The position numbers were made by a program, and so were the translations under genes. A model generated the notes under the pieces. It was not told the origin of the DNA, did no database searches, and saw nothing but the letters and a program-made list of their open reading frames with translations. From the NCBI GenBank assembly GCA_963675755.2, contig CAXXMD010000002.1, positions 256,001 through 320,000 on the forward strand: a stretch of DNA of 64,000 nucleotides, read 5' to 3'. Shown piece after piece: positions 39,198-49,662 of this stretch; the stretch's first letter is position 1, and every line of letters begins with the position of its first letter. This DNA comes from a bacterium. GTDB taxonomy: Bacteria; Zhuqueibacterota; Zhuqueibacteria; Residuimicrobiales; Krinioviventaceae.

Positions 39198-41489
39198 ATG
39201 AAACGCATTATTGGGCTATTCATAATTTTGATGTTGATCGTTAATGGATTTTCTGCTGACCATTGTATGAATAATGATCTTACAAGTTTTGTAAACCCAT
39301 TAATTGGTACAGATTCTGAATTCAAACTGTCAAATGGCAATACATATCCTGCAATTGCGTTACCATGGGGTATGAATTTCTGGACACCCTATACTGCTGA
39401 TATGGGAAATGGGTGGCAGTATGCTTATGATGCTTACAAAATAAAAGGATTCAAACAGACTCATCAACCTTCACCGTGGATAGGGGATTATGCTGCATTT
39501 GCTTTAATGCCATTAACGGGTGAATTAAAAATAGATCAGGAAGAAAGGGCCTCGTGGTTCAGCCATAAACGGGAAACGGTTTTGCCTCATTATTATAAAG
39601 TATATTTGGGCGATTATGACATTTGGACTGAGATTGCTCCAACAGATCGCTCTGCTTGTTTTCGTTTCACTTTTCCCGAAGCAAATGAAGCTTATATATT
39701 GGTAGATGCTTTTTTTCAAGGTTCGTCGGTTACAGTACTTCCCAATGAGAAAAAGATTATGGGGTACTGCTCCAATAACCGGGGAGGTGTGCCTGATAAT
39801 TTCAAGAATTATTTTGTAATAACATTTGATAAAGAATTTGAAATGGCTTCCACTTGGGAAGATTCTACGGTTTATCCCAATACCTTGTCCCGAACAGGGG
39901 AGCATGTAGGTGCTGTTTTAAAATTCAAGACAAAACGTAATGAGCAGATCACTGCCAGGGTATCTTCTTCGTTTATTAGTCCTGAACAGGCTGAATTGAA
40001 TCTCGAACGTGAAATTGGACAAAAATCTTTTGATATAGTTAAAAATAATGCTCGAGAAATATGGAACAAAGAGCTTAATCGCATACGTGTGACAGGTGGG
40101 AGTGATGACCAAAAGATAGTATTTTATACCGCTCTGTACCGGACCATGCTTTTCCCGCGTAAATTTTGGGAACTTGATAAAGACGGTAATGTAATGCATT
40201 ACAGTCCATATAATGGCCAGGTTTTACCAGGTTATATGTATACTGATAATGGATTTTGGGATACGTTTCGAGCTGTTTTTCCATTTTTTACACTTGTGTA
40301 CCCCGAATTAAATAGCCAAATTATGCAGGGTTTGGTTAATACCTATAAAGAAAGCGGTTGGCTTCCAGAATGGGCGAGTCCGGGACATCGAAATTGTATG
40401 ATAGGCTCCAACTCTGCCTCACTCATAGCAGATTCATATTTAAAGGGGATACGGGGATATGATATAGAGACGCTATATGAGGCAATTCTCAAAAATTCAG
40501 AGAATGAAGGTCCATTGAAATCTGTTGGACGCTTTGGTGTGAAATATTATAATGAAATGGGTTATATACCTTATGATGTGAATGTAAATGAAAATGTTGC
40601 CCGTACATTGGAATACAGTTATGATGATTTTACAATCTGGAAGTTGGCCCAGGCTTTAAACAAGCCCCGAAATGAAATCGATCGTTTTGCAAAGAGAGCC
40701 CAGTTTTATCATAATGTGTTTGACAAATCTACCAATTTTATGCGGGGTAAAAATAAAGATGGTTCGTGGCAAGCACCATTTGTTCCTGAAAAATGGGGAG
40801 ATGCTTTTACAGAGGGTTGTGCCTGGCATTATACCTGGTCTGTTTTCCATGATCCTCAAGGTTTAATTGATCTTATGGGAGGTAAAGAAGCCTTTGTCAC
40901 AAAACTCGATTCGGTTTTTACATCACCTCCTGATTTTGATTTTTCCTATTATGGCATTCAAATCCATGAAATTACGGAAATGGTCATCGCAGGTATGGGG
41001 CAATATGCACATGGAAATCAACCCATACAACATGGAATATATTTGTACAATTATGCCGGAGAGCCCTGGAAAGCGCAAAAAAGAGTGCGCGAAGTAATGG
41101 ATCTGTTATATACCCCTAATCCGGATGGGCTCTGCGGAGATGAAGATAATGGACAAACATCAGCCTGGTATGTTTTTTCTGCAATGGGTTTTTATCCTGT
41201 ATGTCCTGGTACGGACCAGTATGTATTGGGTTCACCCTTGTTTAATAAAGTGGAATTAACTCTTGAGAATGGTAATGTTTTTACAATTAATGCTGAAAAT
41301 AATTGTAATTGCAATGTGTATATCCAAAAAGCAGAATTAAACGGTAAAGTGTATACCCAAAATTACCTCGCTCATAAAACCATTCAGGATGGCGGAGTTT
41401 TGAATTTGGAAATGAGTAAAGAACCCAATCTTAATCGGGGAATTGAAAAAGAGGACTTTCCATATTCCATGAGCAATGAACTAAAATAA
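39198..41489 (+). CDS. GH92 alpha-1,2-mannosidase
   Basis: VNPLIGT, THQPSPWIGDY, GFWDTFR, RTLEYSYDD, HGNQP, GDEDNGQTSAW. Confidence 0.95.
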   Translation: MKRIIGLFIILMLIVNGFSADHCMNNDLTSFVNPLIGTDSEFKLSNGNTYPAIALPWGMNFWTPYTADMGNGWQYAYDAYKIKGFKQTHQPSPWIGDYAAFALMPLTGELKIDQEERASWFSHKRETVLPHYYKVYLGDYDIWTEIAPTDRSACFRFTFPEANEAYILVDAFFQGSSVTVLPNEKKIMGYCSNNRGGVPDNFKNYFVITFDKEFEMASTWEDSTVYPNTLSRTGEHVGAVLKFKTKRNEQITARVSSSFISPEQAELNLEREIGQKSFDIVKNNAREIWNKELNRIRVTGGSDDQKIVFYTALYRTMLFPRKFWELDKDGNVMHYSPYNGQVLPGYMYTDNGFWDTFRAVFPFFTLVYPELNSQIMQGLVNTYKESGWLPEWASPGHRNCMIGSNSASLIADSYLKGIRGYDIETLYEAILKNSENEGPLKSVGRFGVKYYNEMGYIPYDVNVNENVARTLEYSYDDFTIWKLAQALNKPRNEIDRFAKRAQFYHNVFDKSTNFMRGKNKDGSWQAPFVPEKWGDAFTEGCAWHYTWSVFHDPQGLIDLMGGKEAFVTKLDSVFTSPPDFDFSYYGIQIHEITEMVIAGMGQYAHGNQPIQHGIYLYNYAGEPWKAQKRVREVMDLLYTPNPDGLCGDEDNGQTSAWYVFSAMGFYPVCPGTDQYVLGSPLFNKVELTLENGNVFTINAENNCNCNVYIQKAELNGKVYTQNYLAHKTIQDGGVLNLEMSKEPNLNRGIEKEDFPYSMSNELK

Positions 41490-41534
41490 ACCCACTGGAT
41501 TCAAAATCCAGCGGTACCCTGTTTCATAATCAAT

Positions 41535-41577
41535 ATCAACAAAAAAAGCCTCTTTAAAAGAGGCTTTTTTTGTTGAT
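41535..41577. terminator. Bidirectional terminator between GH92 and the tRNA
   Basis: ATCAACAAAAAAAGCCTCTTT/AAAGAGGCTTTTTTTGTTGAT. Confidence 0.9.
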
Positions 41578-41582
41578 TGTTG

Positions 41583-41656
<74 letters not shown>

Positions 41657-41800
41657 TTGTAAAGAAATTTACTAAATTAGATGCAATTTGTAAAGGATTT
41701 AATTCTTTTTTGTTCAATTCATTTTAATAAAATTTTAGAACGTTGAGAAATAAATAAGTTATTATTTTGTTTTTACATCTATACTTGGAAAAGGAGTTAT

Positions 41801-42709
41801 ATGGAATTTCAACCCGCTTATATTAAAGCTTATACGAGTGGTGATTTGGACCAAAAAATTGAGCAAGCTTTTAATGCTTTACATAATTGCACATTATGTC
41901 CCCGTCAATGCAAAGTTGACAGATTCTCACGACAACGAGGTATATGCAAGACCGGTATTCAGGCCAAAGTTGCAAGTTATCAACCTCATTTTGGTGAAGA
42001 GGAGGTATTGGTCGGTAATGGTGGTTCCGGCACCATATTTTTTTCAAATTGTAACCTGATGTGTAATTTTTGCCAGAATTTTGATATCAGCCATTCCGGG
42101 CAGGGCGAAGAAGTGACAGATACCCAATTGGCTAATATGATGATCTGGCTTGAGAATTATGGATGTCATAATATTAATCTGGTTACTCCTTCTCATGTTG
42201 TTCCGCAAATATTATCTGCTTTAAAAATTGCAATTGAAAATGGATTGTCAATTCCCCTGGTTTATAACACCAGCTCTTATGATTCGTTTTTTACTCTTAA
42301 ATTATTGGATGGAATCATAGATATTTATATGCCTGATTTTAAATTTGTAGACCCGGTTCAATCCGAGTTAACCATGAACGCTACTGATTATCCTGAAATT
42401 GCTAAACGTGCTATTCTCGAGATGTATCGTCAGGTTGGTGATCTGGTAATAGATTCTAAAGGTATTGCGCAACGTGGATTAATAGTACGTCATCTGCTTA
42501 TGCCTGGTAATACGAAAGAAACTGGAGAAATATTTGAGTTTTTATCAAATTCAGTATCAAAGAATACGTTTACCAATATTATGAATCAATATAAACCTCA
42601 AGGTACTGCATCACAATCACCTGAAATCAACAAGCTTGTCACTGATACAGAATTTAAACATGCAATTGAATTAGCCCGTTTGTCCGGATTGCATAGACTT
42701 GTTTACTGA
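41801..42709 (+). CDS. pflX: Radical SAM protein, PflX family
   Basis: CTLCPRQC, HFGEE, SGTIFFSNCNLMCNFCQN, YMPDFKF, VRHLLMP. Confidence 0.85.
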   Translation: MEFQPAYIKAYTSGDLDQKIEQAFNALHNCTLCPRQCKVDRFSRQRGICKTGIQAKVASYQPHFGEEEVLVGNGGSGTIFFSNCNLMCNFCQNFDISHSGQGEEVTDTQLANMMIWLENYGCHNINLVTPSHVVPQILSALKIAIENGLSIPLVYNTSSYDSFFTLKLLDGIIDIYMPDFKFVDPVQSELTMNATDYPEIAKRAILEMYRQVGDLVIDSKGIAQRGLIVRHLLMPGNTKETGEIFEFLSNSVSKNTFTNIMNQYKPQGTASQSPEINKLVTDTEFKHAIELARLSGLHRLVY

Positions 42710-42733
42710 TTATATATAGGTATTATTTTTGTT

Positions 42734-42749
42734 TGGAATAATTGTTGCT
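42734..42749 (+). promoter_or_regulatory. Putative sigma54 -24/-12 promoter
   Basis: TGGAATAATTGTTGCT (GG-N10-GC) upstream of the Cys-rich/DUF6901 pair. Confidence 0.4.
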
Positions 42750-42834
42750 GTTTATAATTAAGTTTTTTAAATAATAGTTATTTTTTTTGCATAATTCCTT
42801 AATTACTATAGAATTGTACCCATAAAAAAGAGAA

Positions 42835-43209
42835 TTGAATTTTTTGAGTATTAATCATGATTTCAAAAAGTGTCCTATGTGTGAACATATTTGGGCAGAT
42901 CGCATAGAGTTGATGAGTGACCCTAATGTCATTATAACAGGATATATGGCTAATTTTGAAGTTCTGGATTTAGGAATATTTGTATTTAATCATACAACCT
43001 GTAATGGGACATTTTCTGTAAAAGGGAAATATTTCATGGATTTGTATGAAGGTGAAATTTATGATTCGTGTAAAATAGGTTCAGATGAGTGTTTAGGATA
43101 TTGTTTAGATCACAATGTTCTTAAACCATGTTCCGCAGAATGTGAATGTGCCTATGTGCGTGAGGTAATTCAAATAATCAAACAGTGGCCAAAAGCAGTC
43201 TACAAATAG
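42835..43209 (+). CDS. Cys-rich hypothetical protein
   Basis: CPMC, FNHTTC, CLGYC, C.AECEC.YVRE; TTG start. Confidence 0.7.
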   Translation: MNFLSINHDFKKCPMCEHIWADRIELMSDPNVIITGYMANFEVLDLGIFVFNHTTCNGTFSVKGKYFMDLYEGEIYDSCKIGSDECLGYCLDHNVLKPCSAECECAYVREVIQIIKQWPKAVYK

Positions 43210-43239
43210 GCATAGGATATTTTAACAGGATTATGACAG

Positions 43240-43953
43240 TTGGAAGTTATAGATAAAAATGAACCCATCTTGATTCGTTATACTTTTACCATGGAAGACG
43301 GATTTAAAGAGGTATTTAACATACGTTTGGATCCAGTAACATTGGATTTGATTGCCCAGCATCCAAAAGTATTACCCGAATGGACGGAGCTAAGTTTTCA
43401 CAAGTGTCCTCATTGTCCGCTTGAAAAAGAAAAGCATTGTCCTTTGGCAACAAGTTTAGTGAATATTGTAAAGCGTTTTAACAGATTGATTTCTTATGAA
43501 AGAATACATCTTGATGTAGAAACCAAAGAACGTTTTATTTCACAACATACTACTGCCCAAAAGGGAATAAGTGCATTAATGGGATTGGTCTTTGCTTCCA
43601 GTGGGTGTCCGCATACATGGTTCTTGCGCCCAATGGCAAGGTATCACTTGCCCCTTGCAAGCAGGGAAGAAACAATATATAGAGCAACATCAATGTATTT
43701 ATTGGCTCAATATTTTATGAATAAACATAAAAAGCCAGTAGATCTGGATTTTGAAGGGCTGACCAAGCTCTATAAAAATCTTGAAGATGTAAGTCTTTCA
43801 GTTGCGGAACGTTTAAATGTTGCCAGTAAAACTGATTCCACAATAAATGCGCTAATATTGCTGGATGTTTATAATAAGACCCTTCCAATGGCAATTGATA
43901 CTTCATTAGAACAACTGGAATATCTTTTCGATTTTTATATCAACAAGAAATAA
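43240..43953 (+). CDS. DUF6901-like protein
   Basis: WTELSFHKCPHCPL..CP, SGCPH..LRPMARYHLPLA. Confidence 0.7.
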   Translation: MEVIDKNEPILIRYTFTMEDGFKEVFNIRLDPVTLDLIAQHPKVLPEWTELSFHKCPHCPLEKEKHCPLATSLVNIVKRFNRLISYERIHLDVETKERFISQHTTAQKGISALMGLVFASSGCPHTWFLRPMARYHLPLASREETIYRATSMYLLAQYFMNKHKKPVDLDFEGLTKLYKNLEDVSLSVAERLNVASKTDSTINALILLDVYNKTLPMAIDTSLEQLEYLFDFYINKK

Positions 43954-44334
43954 TAAATGAAACAATATTTAGTTGAATTTGCATAAAAGCTTTTTCTATT
44001 TATTGTTCTTTTATGCAAAAATTATTAACAAAAAATATATTAACGGAAAAATGTACTGTTAATACGCATTAAAAAGTTTCATAGTAAAATATTCATTAAT
44101 TGGTGATAATTTTTACTTTTTGCTAAATAAGCATGATTCATTTTTTAAATAAAGCAATATTGTACTTTAAAAACTAGTTTTTTCTTGCAATTTTAACTAT
44201 TTATTCGTTTATTTTTTAATATAGCGGTAAATATTTTTACTTTAGTGACTTGTTTTGCTTTTTAATAGTTGATTTGTATGGTACAAATTTTGCTTTCTGG
44301 TAATTTGAAGAGTCCGAATTTTCCGGGAGAATTG

Positions 44335-47070
44335 ATGGCCCAAAAGTCTGAAAACCAGTTACAGTATTCAATTGATAAAGTGATTGAGGAAAATGAAAGA
44401 CTGAAAAAACGCCTTGAATTAATTGAATCAAGTTATGAAGAATTACTTTCAAATGAAATTCGTTTTCATTCATTGATAGAAAATCTGTCTGCTGGTTTTA
44501 TTATTAATGATATTTTGGGTAATTGTATTTATGTAAATGATTATTTGATAAATCTTTTTGGCTACAATTTACAAGAAATTTTGAAAAGACCTTTAAAAAG
44601 ATTAATTGATTCAAAGAGTTTTTACATTTACGAAACTGAATTGGCCAAGATTAAAAATGGTGAATCATGTAGATTTGAACTGGATATGATCCATCATAAC
44701 CGATCCACTATGTCTGTACTGGTTACTTTGAATCCACTATTGGACCAAAATGGAAATTATAATGGCAATTATGGCCTTGTTACAGATATTACTAAAAGAA
44801 AACAAGCGCAGCAGGCATTATTAGAGAATGAAGAAAAATATCGAAACCTAGTTGAAAGAGCTCACGATGGTATTGGTATCATTCAGGATGATCATTTTAA
44901 ATATGTAAATAATCAATTAGCTCTCTTGACTGAATATTCAGTCGAAGAATTGATGAAAATGCCTTTTTTGCATATTTTTTCAAGTGATGATCTGGAAAAA
45001 TTAACAAAAGAATATACCCGGCATTTAAATGGAGAAGTTTCTGATAAAATATATCAGGCAAAGTTATTAACAAAGTTTGGCAATATCCGATATGTTGAGA
45101 TAAACGGTGGTTTTATACATTATCAGGGACAAAATGCCGATTTATTAATCATTCGGGATATCTCTGATAGAAAAAAAATTAATGCTGAGCTTATTGAGAG
45201 CCGAAAAAAATATAAAGTACTTGAAGCCAATATTCCATTGGGAATTTACAGATCTACTCCTGACGGAAAACTTGTATCCGGTAATCCATCAATGTTAAAT
45301 CTGTTCGGATTCAAGAAAGAAGGTGATATTAGGGATTTTGATGTTTCAAAATTGTATCAGAATAAAGAACAACGAGATAAATTTATAACCCAACTTAACA
45401 AAGATGGAACTATTGAAGGGTATGAAATTGAATTAAGACGGCTTGATGGCAGCACATTCTGGGCATCTATTAGTACCACAACAGTCTTTGATAAGCATAT
45501 GGAACCTGTTTTTTATGATGGAATTATTCGTGATATAAGTGAAAAAAAACAGGCAGAAATATCAATTCGTGAAAGTGAAGAGAAATTTCGTACTATTTCT
45601 GAACAATCCATTATGGCTATTGCTATCTTGCAGGAAGGCATTATCAAGTACATGAATAATGCTTTTTGTGAATTATTTGAATTTTCACGAGATGAAATTC
45701 AAAAATGGGGACCGCATCGATATTTGAAAGCGGTCCATTGGGATAGTATTAGCACCGTCCTGGATCGTGGCAGGCAAATGACTAAAGATCCTGAAAATGA
45801 AGGAAATAGATTCACTTTCAAAGGTATTACAAAAACAGGCAAAGTGAAATATGTTGATAATTATTCCAAGATTATAAAGTTTCAAGGCAAACCTGCTATG
45901 TTAATGTCTTTGATAGATATTACTGATAGAAAATTGATGGAAGCGGAAATACAAAGAGCTCAAAAACTTGAATCAACCGGTTTACTTGCCGGCGGCATAG
46001 CCCATGATTTTAATAATCGTTTATCTGTTATTTTAGGTAATGCCCAACTGGCAAGATTGTATTTTAGTCAAAAAGATAAACTTGAAAAGTATTTGGAGAA
46101 TATTGAACAGAGCGCAGCACAAGCTACATCTTTGACACAGCAGTTATTGACTTTTTCTAAAGGTGGCGCTCCAATAAAAACAGTCTGCAATGTAAAAGAA
46201 ATGATTCAGGAAGCAATTAATTTATCCCTTAGCGGTTCAAATGCCTTTTGTATCACAAATTTTCAAGAGGATTTGTACAATATTGATGTTGATAAGGGCC
46301 AGATTACACAGGTTTTGAATAATATTTTAATCAATGCAGATCAGGCAATGCCAAGCGGTGGGAAGATTCATATTACTGGAGAAAACCATGAATATTCCCT
46401 CAAAGATCCCATTCAATTGCGTGGTTCAAAATATGTTCGAATTACGGTTAAAGATCAAGGTACCGGTATTCCAGCAACCATTTTGGATAAAATATTTGAT
46501 CCATATTTTACCACAAAACAAAAAGGAAGTGGTTTAGGATTAGCAGTAGCTTATTCTATTGTTGAAAAGCACAAAGGTTTTTTAATGGTAGAATCAGAGT
46601 TGGGCCAGGGTACAACTTTTCTATTGTATCTTCCGGCTACAAATGAAAAAATTTCACTGGAGAAAGTAATGGATATTAACACATCAAAAGGATCCGGCTA
46701 TATCCTTGTGATGGATGATGAAGAGCTTGTGTTGGATATGGTGGGGGATATACTTTTAGAGGCAGGATATGAAGTAGCACTGGCTAAAGATGGTCAGGAA
46801 ACTCTTGATATTTATAAGAAAGCTAAAGATAGTAACAAGCCTTTTCAGGCGGTAATTATGGATTTAACAATACCTGGAGGTATGGGGGGCAAAGAAACTA
46901 TGGTTGAATTAAAAAAAATTGATCCAAATGTTAAAGCGATTGTTTCAAGTGGATATTCAAATGATCCTATTATGTCAGATTATGAATCGTTTGGATTTGC
47001 AGGAGTAATCGCAAAACCTTACAAGATTAAAGCGCTTCAAGAAACGCTTTGTCAGGTGCTAAATCAATAA
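44335..47070 (+). CDS. Cytoplasmic multi-PAS hybrid sensor histidine kinase
   Basis: Four PAS domains (DIT/DIS.RK linkers), AHDFNN H-box, DPYFTTK..GSGLGL, C-terminal REC (MDDE, MDLTIPG, KPY). Confidence 0.93.
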   Translation: MAQKSENQLQYSIDKVIEENERLKKRLELIESSYEELLSNEIRFHSLIENLSAGFIINDILGNCIYVNDYLINLFGYNLQEILKRPLKRLIDSKSFYIYETELAKIKNGESCRFELDMIHHNRSTMSVLVTLNPLLDQNGNYNGNYGLVTDITKRKQAQQALLENEEKYRNLVERAHDGIGIIQDDHFKYVNNQLALLTEYSVEELMKMPFLHIFSSDDLEKLTKEYTRHLNGEVSDKIYQAKLLTKFGNIRYVEINGGFIHYQGQNADLLIIRDISDRKKINAELIESRKKYKVLEANIPLGIYRSTPDGKLVSGNPSMLNLFGFKKEGDIRDFDVSKLYQNKEQRDKFITQLNKDGTIEGYEIELRRLDGSTFWASISTTTVFDKHMEPVFYDGIIRDISEKKQAEISIRESEEKFRTISEQSIMAIAILQEGIIKYMNNAFCELFEFSRDEIQKWGPHRYLKAVHWDSISTVLDRGRQMTKDPENEGNRFTFKGITKTGKVKYVDNYSKIIKFQGKPAMLMSLIDITDRKLMEAEIQRAQKLESTGLLAGGIAHDFNNRLSVILGNAQLARLYFSQKDKLEKYLENIEQSAAQATSLTQQLLTFSKGGAPIKTVCNVKEMIQEAINLSLSGSNAFCITNFQEDLYNIDVDKGQITQVLNNILINADQAMPSGGKIHITGENHEYSLKDPIQLRGSKYVRITVKDQGTGIPATILDKIFDPYFTTKQKGSGLGLAVAYSIVEKHKGFLMVESELGQGTTFLLYLPATNEKISLEKVMDINTSKGSGYILVMDDEELVLDMVGDILLEAGYEVALAKDGQETLDIYKKAKDSNKPFQAVIMDLTIPGGMGGKETMVELKKIDPNVKAIVSSGYSNDPIMSDYESFGFAGVIAKPYKIKALQETLCQVLNQ

Positions 47071-47090
47071 TTAGAAAGAATGGTGTACCC

Positions 47091-47465
47091 ATGAATAACG
47101 GACATAAAGTGCTGGTTGTTGAAGATGAATCAATTATTGCACTCAGTATTCAGGAAAAATTAATGTCACAAGGGTATGAGGTTCCAGCTATAGCTTCAAC
47201 AGGTGAGATGGCTGTAGAATTATTTAACAAATACCAACCTCATGTAATTTTAATGGATGTAGTACTTGCCGGATTAATGGATGGTATTGAAGCCTCTCGT
47301 GAAATTAGAAAAAATTCAAATGTGCCTATTGTTTTTTGCACGGCATACTCTGATGAACAAACAATGGAACGCGTAATGGCTGTATCTTTATCTGATTTTA
47401 TTCTCAAACCAATATCAGAGTCTGAATTAGACACTAAACTGCAGCATGTTCTAAGTAAAAAATAA
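47091..47465 (+). CDS. Single-domain response regulator
   Basis: LVVEDE, LMDV, DGIEA, CTAYSD, KP. Confidence 0.9.
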   Translation: MNNGHKVLVVEDESIIALSIQEKLMSQGYEVPAIASTGEMAVELFNKYQPHVILMDVVLAGLMDGIEASREIRKNSNVPIVFCTAYSDEQTMERVMAVSLSDFILKPISESELDTKLQHVLSKK

Positions 47466-47556
47466 TCCCTCTTTTTTTGCTTCCGGATGAATCCTTTTTC
47501 TGCATGGCACATCTAAATTTTAGAAAGTAAATAAACTAATATTTGGGAGATAAACC

Positions 47557-47934
47557 ATGGCAACAATAAATTTGAAAATGGATGAACTGGAAAGCACACT
47601 TCAAAATAATGATATCGTATTAATAGACTTTTGGGCTTCTTGGTGTGGCCCTTGTAAAATGTTTGCACCTGTTTTTGAAAAAGCATCTGAACAGAATACT
47701 GATATTGCATTTGCTAAAGTTGATACCGAAAAAGAACAACAGCTCGCAGCTGCTTTTGGAATTCAGTCTATACCTACATTGGCTATTTTTAGAGAAAATA
47801 TTTTATTGTACAAACAACCTGGTGCTTTGCCAGAACAAGCATTAACAGATTTGATCAAACAAGTTCGTGATTTGGATATGGAAAAAATCAAAGAAGAGGT
47901 TAAAGCAGCAGAAAAAGAAAATGCGAATGCTTAA
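47557..47934 (+). CDS. trxA: Thioredoxin
   Basis: DFWASWCGPCK, IQSIPTL. Confidence 0.92.
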   Translation: MATINLKMDELESTLQNNDIVLIDFWASWCGPCKMFAPVFEKASEQNTDIAFAKVDTEKEQQLAAAFGIQSIPTLAIFRENILLYKQPGALPEQALTDLIKQVRDLDMEKIKEEVKAAEKENANA

Positions 47935-47955
47935 TAAGTAATATATAATTTTTTT

Positions 47956-47990
47956 AAAAGGCAGCTTTGTTTCAAGGCTGCCTTTTTTTT
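47956..47990 (+). terminator. Intrinsic terminator
   Basis: AAAAGGCAGC/GCTGCCTTTT stem plus T-run. Confidence 0.85.
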
Positions 47991-48067
47991 ATATATTTTT
48001 CTTTTATTCGTAATTAAAAGTTTTTATATTATTTAAATATAATTATACCATGGGACAGGAACTTTTA

Positions 48068-48469
48068 ATGAAAACTTTGATTGTTGATGATGAACCTATC
48101 AATTTAAAATTATTCATAAAATATATGCAGCTTTATGGCCAATGTGTTCCTGCAATGAATGGCCAGGAAGCAGTAGAGAAATTTAAACATGCCCTGGATG
48201 TAAATATCCCTTTTGATTTGGTGCTATTGGATATTATGATGCCTCAGGTTGACGGTCACGAAGCTTTGAGGACTATCCGTAATCTGGAAAATGAGTATAA
48301 TATACCAACCGAGAACAGAGTCAAGATTATTATGACTACTGCTTTATCTGATTTCAAGAATGTTCAAACTGCTTTTAATGAATTGGCTGATGGGTATTTA
48401 GTAAAACCTATTGATAAACCCAAGCTTATTCAGGAAATTAATAAACTTTGCGGTACACAACTTGCCTGA
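48068..48469 (+). CDS. CheY-like single-domain response regulator
   Basis: LIVDDE, LLDIMMP, MTTA, KPI. Confidence 0.9.
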   Translation: MKTLIVDDEPINLKLFIKYMQLYGQCVPAMNGQEAVEKFKHALDVNIPFDLVLLDIMMPQVDGHEALRTIRNLENEYNIPTENRVKIIMTTALSDFKNVQTAFNELADGYLVKPIDKPKLIQEINKLCGTQLA

Positions 48470-48575
48470 CTTGTTTTGTGTTTTTTCTATCTAACTTTCC
48501 CACTTTTTTTTATTCTTTGAATATAATTTAATTTTGAATTATCATATGGTTTTTATATAAATAAGAGAAATATTT

Positions 48576-49541
48576 ATGAATGAATCTTATATTTCTATAG
48601 AATTTTTGAAATCTGTATGTTCAAAATGGGATATTGAACTCTCAACCTTGCCTAACAATCTTCCTATTGCGGGTAGTCCGGATCGAACAGAATACAGAGT
48701 TGTTGTTCAGGATGTACATGAGCGTTTATATATGCTGGAAAAAATAAATCAGGATAATCGCAAAGTAAAAGAAAATATAACCAAAGCTTTATCATTTCTT
48801 TACAAGAAAAATCTATCTTTTGTTCAGCCTTATATAAAGACAGTTACAGGTGATTCCTTGATATCTTGTAATGGGGAATATTGGCAGTTGATCCCGTTTA
48901 TTAAGGGGATGGAACTTGACAGACCCCAATACCTTAAAGATGCCTGGCGAGGAAAAGCCATTGCAGAGTTTTTGATTGAGCTTGAAGAAAAATCCATTGG
49001 TATTGAAGAGGTTGTAGATTTGGATTATTTTTCTATTATAGAGTTTATAAATGATTTTAAAATTAAACTTGAAGAAAATAATCCTAAAATATTTAATCAT
49101 TTAAAAGAATTGTTCGAGTATTTGGATTCGGAGTTTGTATATCAACATCAAGAACTGGCAGATGGATTCTGCCATGGAGATATACATCCATTAAACATCA
49201 TCTGGGGTAATGATGAAATTCGATCGGTGATTGATTGGGAATTTCATGGCAGAAAACCCAAGCTTTATGATCTTGCCAATTTAATTGGTTGTTTGGGAAT
49301 GGAAGCACCAGATGGTTTGTTATCAAGCATGATTTTACAATTGTTCAGTGAGCTAAAAGATAGAGATTATATTGAGCCATTAGGCAATAAAGTTTTATTA
49401 GATTTTGTTTTGGCAATACGCTTTGCCTGGTTGTCTGATTGGCTTAGAAGAAAAGATAATGAAATGATCAATTTAGAAATTGCATACATGTTTCTTTTGT
49501 TTGATAATCGTAACATTATTACCTCCAAATGGAATTTATAA
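48576..49541 (+). CDS. APH/homoserine kinase type II-like phosphotransferase
   Basis: CHGDIHPLN and VIDWEF kinase motifs. Confidence 0.8.
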   Translation: MNESYISIEFLKSVCSKWDIELSTLPNNLPIAGSPDRTEYRVVVQDVHERLYMLEKINQDNRKVKENITKALSFLYKKNLSFVQPYIKTVTGDSLISCNGEYWQLIPFIKGMELDRPQYLKDAWRGKAIAEFLIELEEKSIGIEEVVDLDYFSIIEFINDFKIKLEENNPKIFNHLKELFEYLDSEFVYQHQELADGFCHGDIHPLNIIWGNDEIRSVIDWEFHGRKPKLYDLANLIGCLGMEAPDGLLSSMILQLFSELKDRDYIEPLGNKVLLDFVLAIRFAWLSDWLRRKDNEMINLEIAYMFLLFDNRNIITSKWNL

Positions 49542-49662
49542 TTCAGCATGTTGTTGATTTTTGATAAAATAATTGTTCCGAATTATCCGTTATTTTTGTA
49601 TATTATTGTCTTGTTCTTTGAAATGAAATGGATTCACTACACATATAGAATAGAAAGATGTT

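Noticed and set aside
47505-47520. TGGCAC upstream of trxA as a sigma54 promoter
   Set aside because: No TTGC at the -12 position
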